A program made the translations under genes and the position numbers. The notes below the pieces were generated by a model that was not told the DNA's origin, made no database searches, and saw only the letters and a list, made by a program, of their open reading frames with translations. A DNA stretch of 63,907 nucleotides, the filler included, from Octopus bimaculoides (taxonomy: Eukaryota), in NCBI RefSeq assembly GCF_001194135.2. It is 12 parts of 8 records of this genome, joined end to end, with 100 filler letters (N's around TTAATTAATTAA, not from the genome) between each part and the next. Parts side by side here need not be neighbours in the genome. Positions count along the whole stretch, not along the records: positions 32,625 to 48,276 come from NC_068983.1; positions 48,377 to 55,247 come from NC_068983.1; positions 55,348 to 57,067 come from NW_026355706.1; positions 57,168 to 59,865 come from NC_068981.1; positions 59,966 to 62,646 come from NC_068991.1; 7 more parts are not named here. The stretch is one strand, 5' to 3'. How positions within the stretch are numbered: position 1 is the first letter of the stretch; every line of letters starts with the position of its first letter. Below are positions 47,471 to 60,900 of this stretch, piece after piece.

Positions 47471-48166
47471 NNNNNNNNNNNNNNNNNNNNNNNNNNNNNN
47501 NNNNNNNNNNNNNNNNNNNNNNNNNNNNNNNNNNNNNNNNNNNNNNNNNNNNNNNNNNNNNNNNNNNNNNNNNNNNNNNNNNNNNNNNNNNNNNNNNNNN
47601 NNNNNNNNNNNNNNNNNNNNNNNNNNNNNNNNNNNNNNNNNNNNNNNNNNNNNNNNTATATATATATATATATATATTACACGAGGCTAAAAGTGATAGA
47701 CAAGACTATGTTTGAAAAAAGTTACATCATTTAAGTACAAATGTACATACAAGCAGAGAAAATAACCAAAGAGAACTTAGCAAGGAAAAATTATCGATCA
47801 CAGACAAGACCGGCCGGTTTATTCGAGAGAGTTACCTTACTAAAAAACTAGCCCGGGGTAGGGGAGACAATTAGAAAAAGTAGGAACAAAAACGTGATAG
47901 AAAAAACGTATACTCTTAACACATGATGATATACAGTCATAGACATATGCATACATACACAACACACACAAAAAAAAAACGTGCATACACTCACACAAAC
48001 ACATACAGGGGTGCAAGTGTGAGGGAAGATACAAGTAAAATAAAGAAGTACGTATTCACATAAGACGTATACAAATATATATACATATATACATCTACAC
48101 ACATAGATACATACACACACCTACAAACACATACATAAAACATAGACATGCACATACAACTACACG

Positions 48167-48200
<34 letters not shown>

Positions 48201-48235
48201 CACTATATACATATATATAAATAAATATATATATG

Positions 48236-48276
<41 letters not shown>

Positions 48277-48376
48277 NNNNNNNNNNNNNNNNNNNNNNNN
48301 NNNNNNNNNNNNNNNNNNNNTTAATTAATTAANNNNNNNNNNNNNNNNNNNNNNNNNNNNNNNNNNNNNNNNNNNN

Positions 48377-48414
<38 letters not shown>

Positions 48415-49172
48415 TGTGTGTGTGTGTGTGTGTGTGTGTTTGTGTGTGTGTGTACATACATACATACATTCAATGTTATTCAACGTACTGATCTAACGAT
48501 TTTGTTGGGTTTTTTTCTCCAAATATTTACTGCCGTCTCTTTTTAACAGTCCACCTATTGTAATGTGATTCTTGGCTGTTTGGTGTTTACACCACTCTCT
48601 GTTGCTATGGAGCTAAGATCAAAGGAAATTGCAATTTCGTTCGGCTGGTGGTGCTGTGTGAGAAATAAAGATAAAAATAAGAAAAAAACTGCGTCACTGA
48701 CGGTAGTTTACGGGTGGCCTATGGACCTATCAATGTCATATACATATTGATATACATATATATATATACAAACATATATATATACATGTATATATATATA
48801 CACACACATATATATGCATACATATACANNNNNNNNNNTATATATATACATATATATATACATATATATATATACAGACATATATACACATATATATATA
48901 CATATACATATATATATATATGTATATATGTATGTATGTATTATGCGTCTAAGTATATATGGAGTATGTAGATATGTATACTATATAGCTAGTACAAAAG
49001 GCTAACATAATTTAATAGTTTATATAGACGTGTTGATCGTGGGCCATAAGGTGGTGACGGAGTTGTATTGTTGGTATTGGCGGCAATAGCGTATGTGTAG
49101 TTGTTTAGCCTCAAGTAAATGTTGATTAGCAGATTTGTGATCAAAAATGGTCAATTGTGACAACACCATATC

Positions 49173-49255
<83 letters not shown>

Positions 49256-49258
<3 letters not shown>

Positions 49259-49980
49259 TAGTCTTATTTTTATCACGTGCTTTCACTGCACTATCGAGCG
49301 CAGCTCTGTCTGCCTTGGGTATGTGCTGTGGTTTATTGTAGTGCTTTTATTTTCACTGTATTGAAAGTGTTTTATGCAGGATATGTGCAGTGCCTAGTAG
49401 TGCTATTTTCTGTGTTACATATACATGTAAACCCTGGTGTTTTTTGTTATGTATTTGTCTGAATTTTCTTTTTTATTATTATATCAAATGCACCGAGGAA
49501 CTGTTTCTGCTTTTAGGCTCCACATTCAAGTTACCTCTATTTCCAGGTCTTTGTATTTTGAAAGTTTCTCCGTTTCTTTTAGAGAAACATTGTTATCTGT
49601 TGGTATTGATACATCGATTAGAGAGCATTTTTTTTTCTTGGTGATCTCTGACAACTATATCCAGCCTATTGGCCTTAATTTCTCTATCTGTGTGTATTGG
49701 CATATCCCAGAGTATGGTTGCTTTCTCATTTTCTGTGACCATCTTTTTTCTGGTGTCATTTCATAGTGTTGGCATAGCTTCCGGTGTATATAGGTCCCAG
49801 CTCTGTCGTGTCTGTGAATATATTCCTTCTTAGCCAGGACTGGGCAGCCAGAGACAATATGATTTATTGTTTCTTCTCCATCACCACATATTCTGCAGTT
49901 ACTTGTATTTCTTTACATTTCGTGATTTTTGGTGATTTGGTGGGAAGGCGTTGATCTTGTGCTGCAATTAAAAATCCTTC
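49256..49980 (-). mobile_element. R4/Dong-type 3' fragment, same family as 20847-21221
   Basis: Reverse complement has AAQDQ, CRICG...INHIVSGCPVLA..EY..RHDR, RPDIVVRD and the same 3' UTR; (ATT)n on both sides. Confidence 0.9.
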
Positions 49981-50025
49981 ATTATTATTATTATTATCAT
50001 TATTATTATTATTATTATTATTATT

Positions 50026-50180
50026 ACGTCTTTACGTTCTGAGTTCAAATTCTGCCGAGGTCGACTTTGTCTTTTATTCTATTGAGATCGGTAAAGTATG
50101 TTTCAGTTGAGCACTGGCGTCGAAGTAATCGATTTACCCCCTCCCAAAAATTGCTGACCTTGTGCCAAAATTTGAAACTA
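50026..50180 (+). mobile_element. SINE family B 3' part
   Basis: GTTCTGAGTTCAAATTCTGCCGAGGTCGACTTTG. Confidence 0.8.
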
Positions 50181-50205
50181 TTATTATTATTATTATTATT
50201 ATCAT

Positions 50206-50260
<55 letters not shown>

Positions 50261-50261
<1 letters not shown>

Positions 50262-50475
50262 AGGTGGCGAGCTAGCAGAATCGTTAACACACCGGAAAAA
50301 ATGCTTAGCGGCATTTTATCCGTCTTTTCGTTCTGAATTCAAATTCCACCGAGGTCGACTTTGCTTTTCATCCTTTCGGGGTCAATAAACTAAGTACCAG
50401 TGAAACACTGGAATCGATGTAATCGACTATCCCCCTCCCCAAAATTTGAGGCCTTGTACTTATAATAGAAAGGAT
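50261..50475 (+). mobile_element. SINE family B full-length
   Basis: AAGGTGGCGAGCTAGCAGAATCG head directly after (AGT)n. Confidence 0.9.
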
Positions 50476-50883
50476 TATTATCATTATTACTAGTTTCTTT
50501 TTTTCCTTCTTTCAATTTTGTTTCCATTTCTTGCCGAATACCTTCCCGACATCTAGGGCAAAGAAACTCACGGGATACATTGGTAGGCCATTAAAATAAA
50601 CACACATTAATGTAATAGAAAAAAGCAAAAAAAAAGAAAAGGAAAATGAAAAAAGAAAGAAAGGAAAATGGCAAAAGAGAAAAGAAAATAGAAAAAAGGG
50701 GGGGAAAATGCTCTTCTCAATACCTGTAACATGTCAGTTAAAACAATCTTTTGTACTTCTTGCATGGATGGTAAACCAGGGATCATTTAAAAATAATTTT
50801 CAGTTCCTTTTTTCATCATTTCAAGTCCTCCAACAATCACTGGTATTGTAACCACTTTAAGATTATTATTATTATTATTATTA

Positions 50884-51220
50884 TTGAGTGAGAGAGCGAT
50901 GCATGCCATCAAAGTGACACTGGAGTACAAATATACGAAACCCAATATACTCATCATGACTACCCGTCTGATAAGGGTACACCAAGCACATGCATCACAA
51001 GCATATGTCCGCGACATGGTGATCTCATACCAAGATAAACAGCGCATGACCTTGCAGGTGGGGGGGGGGCTCAGTTAGAATTTTCTTCAGATCGATTAGA
51101 TCAGATATGCACATATCGTCAGCCACCAAGGGACATACTCAACTGGTTACGGTCAAGTAAATCAAAGTAAATATGTGGTATTGAGCAGAATATTTGCAGC
51201 AGCCCATCTTTTATACCAAA
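50884..51220 (-). mobile_element. family N copy with internal deletion
   Basis: Reverse complement of 36330-36805 lacking ~170 bp; (ATT)n on both sides. Confidence 0.82.
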
Positions 51221-51285
<65 letters not shown>

Positions 51286-51840
51286 GTTTTATGTTTGACT
51301 TTTGCTTTGCATTNNNNNNNNNNNNNNNNNNNNNNNNNNNNNNNNNNNNNNNNNNNNNNNNNNNNNNNNNNNNNNNNNNNNNNNNNNNNNNNNNNNNNNN
51401 NNNNNNNNNNNNNNNNNNNNNNNNNNNNNNNNNNNNNNNNNNNNNNNNNNNNNNNNNNNNNNNNNNNNNNNNNNNNNNNNNNNNNNNNNNNNNNNNNNNN
51501 NNNNNNNNNNNNNNNNNNNNNNNNNNNNNNNNNNNNNNNNNNNNNNNNNNNNNNNNNNNNNNNNNNNNNNNNNNNNNNNNNNNNNNNNNNNNNNNNNNNN
51601 NNNNNNNNNNNNNNNNNNNNNNNNNNNNNNNNNNNNNNNNNNNNNNNNNNNNNNNNNNNNNNNNNNNNNNNNNNNNNNNNNNNNNNNNNNNNNNNNNNNN
51701 NNNNNNNNNNNNAAGAGACCATAAGAAAATTATGTGTTTGTTTTAAAATTTGAAATCACATAGACAGTATTTTACATAGGATATGGGCAGTTCCCATGGG
51801 CACTATCTTTTGAACTTCGTTATTATTATTATTATTATTT

Positions 51841-51975
51841 TATGTTTGACTTTTGTTTTGCATTTGTACAAGTTGGATCCAAGTCTCACCCAGAGACCTC
51901 AAGAGACAAGTTAGAAGTTCATGTAGGCCTAGGGTACCATATATTTGGATTTGTACAGTTTTGTTCAAGTGAATG

Positions 51976-51978
<3 letters not shown>
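51841..51978 (-). mobile_element. RLE-LINE-like 3' tail between (ATT)n tracts (second copy starts at 51286)
   Basis: TGTTTGACTTTTG(C/T)TTTGCATT occurs twice, each time right after (ATT)n. Confidence 0.55.
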
Positions 51979-52047
<69 letters not shown>

Positions 52048-52389
52048 AACAGACTCAGTGTGTCTACGACTTTATTATCCGGTATGTCCTTCCATCTTAA
52101 AAAGACTTGGGTGAGTAACATTTGATGGTGGGGATTTATTTGGTTGTGTTCATTGCGTTTGTCGTGGTGGACGTCTGTGTTAGTGCTTGCAATGATTCTT
52201 GTGGACATGTCACACCTTACCTCCTACAAGCGAGAACACATTTGATGATGTAGCCCTAGGTACACTACGGCTGGAGATATGAACGTAGCTGTCACTGTTA
52301 GAATACCTTTTGTTTGCGCGATCAAAATAGAGCTGGAACGAAACAAAGATATTAACACCTTATACTTGTAAAAAGTGACAGATAGCAAG

Positions 52390-52640
52390 ATCGGTAGAAT
52401 ACTGAGTGGGTGTTATTTAATTGTGTGTCATCACATTCTAAGTTCAAATCCCGCCAACGTCGACTTCGTCTTTGATCCTTCCAGGAATCGATAAGATAAG
52501 TAGCAGTCAAATACTGAGACACATCTGATCAACCATAGTCCCGACCCTACCACATTAGCAAATCTATATTGGTTTCAAATTTTGGCAACAGGTCAGCAAT
52601 TTAGGGGAAGAGAGGACAATCGATTACATCAATCCCAGTG
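52390..52640 (+). mobile_element. SINE family B, diverged copies
   Basis: TTCTAAGTTCAAATCCCGCCAACGTCGACTTCG; a reversed tail fragment follows at 52570-52640. Confidence 0.55.
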
Positions 52641-55600
52641 CTACTCTAACTCGGAGTAGCACCAATCAGAATCCCAGCTATTGGTTAATTAACATATTAG
52701 AACGCGCCTTCCTATGCAGTTTAAGACTGGACACGGCGGACTCTACGGAACAAACCTTCATAGTTAAACGGAGGAGAGGCAGCCGTAGCAATGCATTATG
52801 GAGTGCAGAAAGCAAGATGAAGCAAGTAAGACATCTTAGTCATCCATTGTATCTGTTTCCATTCCCAGTCGTTTTGGCTTGGTCTTACCACTGGATTGAA
52901 GATGGCCAGGGACGTGAGGGTGACGCTGACGGTGCGCAACTCTTCTTTACTTTAAATAAAGTCATTGCACAGGTCATCAATCATCCCTAAGGATGACTAG
53001 ATAATCCTCATCGCTCCGTCGGACGAATGTAGTATACTCGTGTATTATAACTACTATAATGAGGGTGAGTAGCTATTTCACTATTCAACAACTACTATCA
53101 CATCGACAGCAAAAATCAAAACAACCACAGCTACAACAACGTCAGTAATATCAAATGTATAGAAGTAAAATCAAAAACAACTTCAATAATAGTATGATCA
53201 ATCACAATATCAACTATAACAAATATATGAAAAACAAGACAACAATATATACTACACTAATAAAGAACAACAGCTGGCGTCAAAACAAAACCGACAACGT
53301 CAGATGCAACAACAACAAAACAATTACAGCAATCACATATTAAACAACAAAAGAAATTTTAGAAATAATTTTAGTTCACAACAGCTGTAACCAGTAGCCA
53401 CAACGACTAAAACCACAATGTCTGCAGCAACAACAACAACAAAAGCACTATCAACACAAAAAATATATAAGCTTACTACAAGGCCTAAAAGTAAAGGCAA
53501 GAACATAACTTCAGCTGACGACGTCTAATAACTTAGAAACGTTTAGAGTCGTATCCCTTGCTTGCTTGCTCGCTCGGCCGAAGAATAATGATAGCTAACT
53601 TTTAATATTTCCTTTTCATATTCACCTGTATTAACCGCCGTTGAGGTTATTATAATTGTGCTCATCGGAGATTGAAAGTATGGAAAGAATTGCGGCTATC
53701 CTCTGTTACTGGAAATGAAGAGGTGTCATATCCGGCTTATGGACGCTATAAAAAAAAGTTGCAGAAACAATTAATCAAAGAAGTTGTCAAGAGTTGTCTC
53801 CCAAAATCTTAGTTGTGATGCAGCAAAGAAATAATCAAACCTACATTTTTATAGCTGACGAACCAAGACGAACCAAGTGTTCCCTAAAAAGGTAAGAAAT
53901 AATAATCTGGTTTCCATAAATCCCGTCTTACATTTTTTAAACCTAGAACGACAGATTAAATAATGTAATCAAGATACATTATGACTGAAAGTGAAAAAAA
54001 AATGAAAGTGGTGACAGTTAGAGTGTCTTTTGGTCATAGGTCTGCCCAGTCAGGACTGATCTGAGTCTAATTAAAGTGACAGCAGATGTGACAACAACTG
54101 GTTGAGCAACTGCAGACATAACATAAACCGAGACAAAACAGCAACAACACGAACAGAGTAACAATATGCTACATCAAGGAACTTGTCAAGAGTTATGTCC
54201 CTTGTACTCCCACCCCCACCCCCATTCCTCCTCTCACCCCAAAAAAGTTGTGTGAGTTGTAATGCAGCAAAATTATAGTGGGTTAATATGTGTAAGAGGT
54301 TTAAAGGAGTTGATAAGTGAGAAGGGAGACAGGGAGATTTAGGAGGGGTACTGGATGGGTGCCTAAACCCTTACCCCTATGTGTAGGTGCTATGCGTATG
54401 TGTTTCTGTGTGTATGTTTTAGTCAAAACTTTCCTGGGCTCCTAGGATGTGATGATGGAAGGACCGATGGTGACGTTCTCGGTTTAAAATGTCTAGTACT
54501 TTCTGCCACTGTTAAAATAAAAATTGCACTCCTCCATGGTTCTCCACTTAATGTTGCAGTCGATGGCGCTTTCCTTCAATAACCCTATATTCCTTACCAG
54601 GGCAATGACATTGCGCCTCTCATGAATATTACCGGAGGATTTATGGTTGTTAGATGGTCCTGAAAGGCTCTTCTATCGCGCCCACATACATCCGCACGTT
54701 TGACTTTCCGCTGGGATCTTTTAACGTCACTTCTGTTTCATATATATATCTGTTTCTGTATTGCAGCGGCGTGGAGTAATGTCCCATGTGATGTTGCCTC
54801 CGCATGAACATCCTGCCTCTGTCTCATGTGTGGACCTACATATTAATATAGTCTTTGTACTGGGTGCACAGCTACAAGACACTCTTAAAGTGCATGTATT
54901 AACAATTTTACGGAACCTATTTGTACGAGAAAAGTGTCTGTCCATTAAGCTAAGGTTTTAGAAAGTTACACTAGCTCAAGATTCCACGCAATGGTATCGA
55001 ACCTGGGACCACTTGGTAGAGAAGGGAACTCTTTAATGATTTTGCTATACGTCGTATATATGTATCTGTGTGTGTGTATGTATAATAAATTATGATGCAT
55101 TTTATATATATATGTATATACATAGACATACATATTTATGTGTGTATATATTTATATATATATACATTTATATATATATATATGTATATATGTATGTGTA
55201 TATATATATATACATTTATATATATATATATGTATATATGTATGTGTNNNNNNNNNNNNNNNNNNNNNNNNNNNNNNNNNNNNNNNNNNNNTTAATTAAT
55301 TAANNNNNNNNNNNNNNNNNNNNNNNNNNNNNNNNNNNNNNNNNNNNGTGTGTGTGTGTGTGTGTGTGTGTGTTACAGAGACAGAGAGAGAGTAAGAGTG
55401 AAAAAGCTGGGTGAGTAGCGAATAATGAGAGTGGATATTAAAGTGGGTGGAGGAAAGAATAGGAAAGTCAAATGGTTGTAGTATATAGATGAACAGAGAC
55501 GGGTGGAGAAGAAAGAGGGGAGAGCGAGAGAGACGGGTAGAGAGAAAGACGTGAAAGAGAGGCAGAGGTGGGGGGTGGGGTCAGTGATAGGGGGTAGAAA

Positions 55601-55689
55601 TGCTTGGAAAAAACGGAGAAAGTGGTAACAATCTATTGAAAAAATAAGCAGAAAGATAGATAAATAAATGGGTTAGATAGATCGATAAG

Positions 55690-55990
55690 TAGATATGTTT
55701 CTTTATTAGCCACACAGGGCTCAACATAGAAGGGACAAAATACAAATGTAGAGTTTTTCTTTTCGAGCGGGGCTAAAACAAAGCAGAAAAAAACAAAAGA
55801 AAAACAAACAAAAGTGGGGACAACGATGAAAAAAAAAACATCGTAAAACGTTTGGGGTATTTACAAAAAATACGAAATAATACAGAAAATTCCCAATAAA
55901 TGGGGAGGTTATCCGTGGAAAGAAAAACCTACGAAAAGACCACGGTAACCTCGGTCCTTAGTGTCACAATTTGTTAAATAAAATTTCTTT
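55690..55990 (-). mobile_element. LINE-like 3' UTR ending TTAGCCC(TG)TGTGGCTAATAAAGAAAC
   Basis: Tail shared with 12215-12285 (plus) and with the SINE-B variant tail at 8398-8450. Confidence 0.5.
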
Positions 55991-56341
55991 NNNNNNNNNN
56001 NNNNNNNNNNNNNNNNNNNNNNNNNNNNNNNNNNNNNNNNNNNNNNNNNNNNNNNNNNNNNNNNNNNNNNNNNNNNNNNNNNNNNNNNNNNNNNNNNNNN
56101 NNNNNNNNNNNNNNNNNNNNNNNNNNNNNNNNNNNNNNNNNNNNNNNNNNNNNNNNNNNNNNNNNNNNNNNNNNNNNNNNNNNNNNNNNNNNNNNNNNNN
56201 NNNNNNNNNNNNNNNNNNNNNNNNNNNNNNNNNNNNNNNNNNNNNNNNNNNNNNNNNNNNNNNNNNNNNNNNNNNNNNNNNNNNNNNNNNNNNNNNNNNN
56301 NNNNNNNNNNNNNNNNNNNNNNNNNNNNNNNNNNNNNNNNN

Positions 56342-56375
<34 letters not shown>

Positions 56376-56470
56376 CACTTGGTATAACACTGGTGTAACG
56401 ATAATTGGGTACCCTCCCAGCAGTATATTGGATATATATTATAGAAAGATAGACAGACAGACAGACAGAC

Positions 56471-56508
<38 letters not shown>

Positions 56509-56811
56509 CAAGTTAGATAGATGAAACAAAGCGAGTAAGATTAGGGCGGTGGCCGTAGTTGTGGTGACAAGGATGGAAGTAAAGACGGTAATATATGGGA
56601 AGAAGAAATGAAAAAATGAAGGAAGGAGATGAGAGAGTAATTAATATACATATTTATATATACACACGCATATGCAGATATACACACACATGCACACACA
56701 GAAATACAGACACACACACATATATATGTTTATACATACATACATATATAGTATATGTATACGTATACCTATACATATATATATATATATATATTGATTT
56801 ATAAATATCGA

Positions 56812-57066
56812 CCTCGGCCAAGCTGGAGCACCGCCTTTAGTTTCAGAAATCGACCCCAGGACTCATTCTTTGTAACGCTAGTACTTATTTTATCAGTCTC
56901 TTTAACCGAACCGCCAGCTTACGGGGATGTAAACGCACTAAACAGACGCAAATACGCACACACTCACACACACACACATAAACAACGGGCTTCTTTCAGT
57001 TTCCGTCTACCAAGTCAACTCACAATGCTTTGGTCGGCCCGAGGTTATAGTAGAAGACACTTGCCC
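56812..57066 (-). mobile_element. SINE family A (head lost in gap)
   Basis: Collinear with 16040-16345. Confidence 0.88.
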
Positions 57067-57167
57067 ANNNNNNNNNNNNNNNNNNNNNNNNNNNNNNNNN
57101 NNNNNNNNNNNTTAATTAATTAANNNNNNNNNNNNNNNNNNNNNNNNNNNNNNNNNNNNNNNNNNNN

Positions 57168-57205
<38 letters not shown>

Positions 57206-57317
57206 TGTATGTGTTTGTATGTGTGTGTCTGTGTGCGTGTGTTTGTCTGTGTGTTTTTGTACGTGTGTGTGTGCGTGTGTGTGTCTGTGTGCGTGTGTGT
57301 CTGTGCGTGTGTGTGTG

Positions 57318-57360
<43 letters not shown>

Positions 57361-58646
57361 NNNNNNNNNNNNNNNNNNNNNNNNNNNNNNNNNNNNNNNN
57401 NNNNNNNNNNNNNNNNNNNNNNNNNNNNNNNNNNNNNNNNNNNNNNNNNNNNNNNNNNNNNNNNNNNNNNNNNNNNNNNNNNNNNNNNNNNNNNNNNNNN
57501 NNNNNNNNNNNNNNNNNNNNNNNNNNNNNNNNNNNNNNNNNNNNNNNNNNNNNNNNNNNNNNNNNNNNNNNNNNNNNNNNNNNNNNNNNNNNNNNNNNNN
57601 NNNNNNNNNNNNNNNNNNNNNNNNNNNNNNNNNNNNNNNNNNNNNNNNNNNNNNNNNNNNNNNNNNNNNNNNNNNNNNNNNNNNNNNNNNNNNNNNNNNN
57701 NNNNNNNNNNNNNNNNNNNNNNNNNNNNNNNNNNNNNNNNNNNNNNNNNNNNNNNNNNNNNNNNNNNNNNNNNNNNNNNNNNNNNNNNNNNNNNNNNNNN
57801 NNNNNNNNNNNNNNNNNNNNNNNNNNNNNNNNNNNNNNNNNNNNNNNNNNNNNNNNNNNNNNNNNNNNNNNNNNNNNNNNNNNNNNNNNNNNNNNNNNNN
57901 NNNNNNNNNNNNNNNNNNNNNNNNNNNNNNNNNNNNNNNNNNNNNNNNNNNNNNNNNNNNNNNNNNNNNNNNNNNNNNNNNNNNNNNNNNNNNNNNNNNN
58001 NNNNNNNNNNNNNNNNNNNNNNNNNNNNNNNNNNNNNNNNNNNNNNNNNNNNNNNNNNNNNNNNNNNNNNNNNNNNNNNNNNNNNNNNNNNNNNNNNNNN
58101 NNNNNNNNNNNNNNNNNNNNNNNNNNNNNNNNNNNNNNNNNNNNNNNNNNNNNNNNNNNNNNNNNNNNNNNNNNNNNNNNNNNNNNNNNNNNNNNNNNNN
58201 NNNNNNNNNNNNNNNNNNNNNNNNNNNNNNNNATTAACAGAGGATATAGATAATACAGGCACTCCCCATACACACACATGGACTTACAAAACATAGACAC
58301 ACATAGAGGGATACGCATGCGTAGACACATACAATAGGAATACAAAATACAAAATAAAATGGCTGATCGTTAGCAAAGAGGGATACACATAAGAAAGAAG
58401 AAAAACAAAGGACCACTGATGAGGTCACAGAAGTGTGACGAAAGAACTCTGGCCGAAATATGATTAATGTAATGTAATATAAAGCTGAAGCAAATTAACA
58501 CCAAATATACAGTGCGTGTGTTTTATTGGCTAAACTGGCAATATGACCGTCCCCAAGTACAACAATATATATATATAAAGAGAGAGAGAGAAAGAGACAG
58601 ACAGACAGAGAGACAGAGGAACACAGAGAGAGAGACAGAGAGAGAG

Positions 58647-59016
58647 ATGCATATATCCATACATATATGTACATACCTGCATCTATATGTATACATACAT
58701 GCATATATGGGTACAGGACATTAAAAAAACGTTAAACACAATGAGAAATGAAAAACGAAAAGAGAAAACGAACTTTTTTCGAACAACGATAAAAAACAAA
58801 AAGAGAAACGTTATACTCTTTATGTTGCATGTCTCGTTTCTCTGTTTGTTTTTTGTTTTTTTTGTTTTTTTTTTTCGTTGTTCGAAAAAGTTCGTTTTCT
58901 CTTTTCGTTTTTCGTTTCTCATTGTGTTTAACGCTTTTTTGATGCCCTGTACCCATATATGCATGTATGTATACATATAGATGTAGGTATGTACATATAT
59001 GTATGGATATATGCAT
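58647..59016. repeat. 370-bp fold-back palindrome
   Basis: Arms 58647-58810 and 58835-59016 are reverse complements (~90%) with a 24-nt spacer; explains the near-identical opposite-strand ORFs 58683-58976/58687-58980. Confidence 0.93.
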
Positions 59017-59619
59017 ATATCTATACATTTATATTATTATATGATCGAACATAAATGATTGCATCTTATATCTTGGAAGAACATTAGATAAATGGACAAT
59101 CCAGAAGCGAATAATCTAGTACCTAGGTTTCGGACTCTTCAAATACACTTGTTATCGTAAACTTGATTAGTCATTTTCCGCTAGATTTACCTTAACATAA
59201 TTCACAGGTAGAACCACCATGAAGCTATAAGGAAAATGGCTTTATGTTTTGAGTGCGCGTCATTAAAAAGGCCCAATACGGCCGAAAAGCAAATGGAGTT
59301 CTCGCAAGTTGAGTTCGGGATGATTTTTTCTCTTCCTCCGATATATATTGTGTATTCTTTAACACAGCACATCTATATGAAAACTGCAGTACGTTGTCTG
59401 TCAATTGTGTTTGTATGCTAAGTATAATATATACATAGCTATTTTGATTTAACACTGTTTCCATTACGTACACCGAATGTACATACATACATACATACAT
59501 ACATACATACATACATACATACATACATACATACATGCATACATACACTCGCATATATACATACATACATACACACATACATACACACGCATACATACAT
59601 ACATACATACATACATACA

Positions 59620-59655
<36 letters not shown>

Positions 59656-59965
59656 TACATACATGCAGATGCACGCGTGTTTGTGTGTGTGTATTTAGCT
59701 TTACAATGAAACAAATAGAGTACATCAACTGTTGCATCTATATATAACTTTTTTTCTTTTTTCATTATCTGCAAAAATAATGTGCCGGGAGTTTCGTGCC
59801 GGCAAAGACCGCTAAACCTTTCGAATTACCGTAGATTATTGGTTAATAAAATCAATTCACACATTNNNNNNNNNNNNNNNNNNNNNNNNNNNNNNNNNNN
59901 NNNNNNNNNTTAATTAATTAANNNNNNNNNNNNNNNNNNNNNNNNNNNNNNNNNNNNNNNNNNNN

Positions 59966-60016
<51 letters not shown>

Positions 60017-60128
60017 TGAGTGTGAGTAGTACACAAAATGTTTATAATGGTGATTGTTGGTTGACAAACAAAAGTGTTCCCTATGACTAAAAGCTATGGT
60101 ATGTCCTAAAACTCAAGTTTAAAGACAT

Positions 60129-60159
<31 letters not shown>

Positions 60160-60324
60160 GTTATCTTTCTTCTTTCTTTTTTGACAAGTTTCTCATTAAA
60201 CAGAGTCAGGTACACATTTCTATGTAGTAAGGCACATAAGACTTATTAAAGATTATTGTTCTTCTTATCATTATTATTGGTCCTGTACCTAAATCAGAAA
60301 TAATAATAATAATAGTATTCATTA

Positions 60325-60900
60325 GCACACTGAGTGAAATGCTTAGTGGCATTTTGTCCATCTTCGCATTCTGAGTTCAAATTCTGCAAAGGTCAACTTT
60401 GCATTTCATCCTTATGGGGTCGACAAATTAAGCACCAGTAAAACACTGGGGCTAATGTAATTTCAAGCGTCGTGCTTATAGTAGAAAGAATTATTATTAT
60501 TATTATTATTTTTATTAAGGTGATGAGCTGGCAGAATCATTAGCATGTCAGGCAAAATGCTTAGCGACATTTTGTTTTATTTTACACTCTGAGTTCAAAT
60601 TCCAATGAAGTCAGCTTTGACTTTCATCCTTTTGGGGTTGATAAAATAAGTACCAGTTGAGAACTGGGGTCAATGCAATCAACTTATCCCCTCCCCAAAA
60701 TTGCTAGCCTTCTGCCAAAATTTAAAATCATCATCATTATTATTATTATTATTAATAATTTGAACTCAGAATGTAGCAACAGGTGAAATACCGCTAAGCA
60801 TTTCGTCCAGAGTGCAGTATTTTGCCAGTCACTATGTTCTGAATTTGAACTCAGAACATAGTGACAAGTGAAATACCACACACTAGATGAAATGCTTTGT
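60325..60900. mobile_element. cluster of SINE family B copies (+ 60325-60490, + 60517-60725, - 60757-60900 with internal duplication)
   Basis: Repeated TCTGAGTTCAAATTC B-box segments; TTTGAACTCAGAA...GTGAAATACC occurs twice on the minus copy. Confidence 0.8.

Noticed and set aside
58683-58980. Two near-identical 97-aa ORFs on opposite strands
   Set aside because: A direct consequence of the DNA palindrome; low-complexity and not a gene pair.
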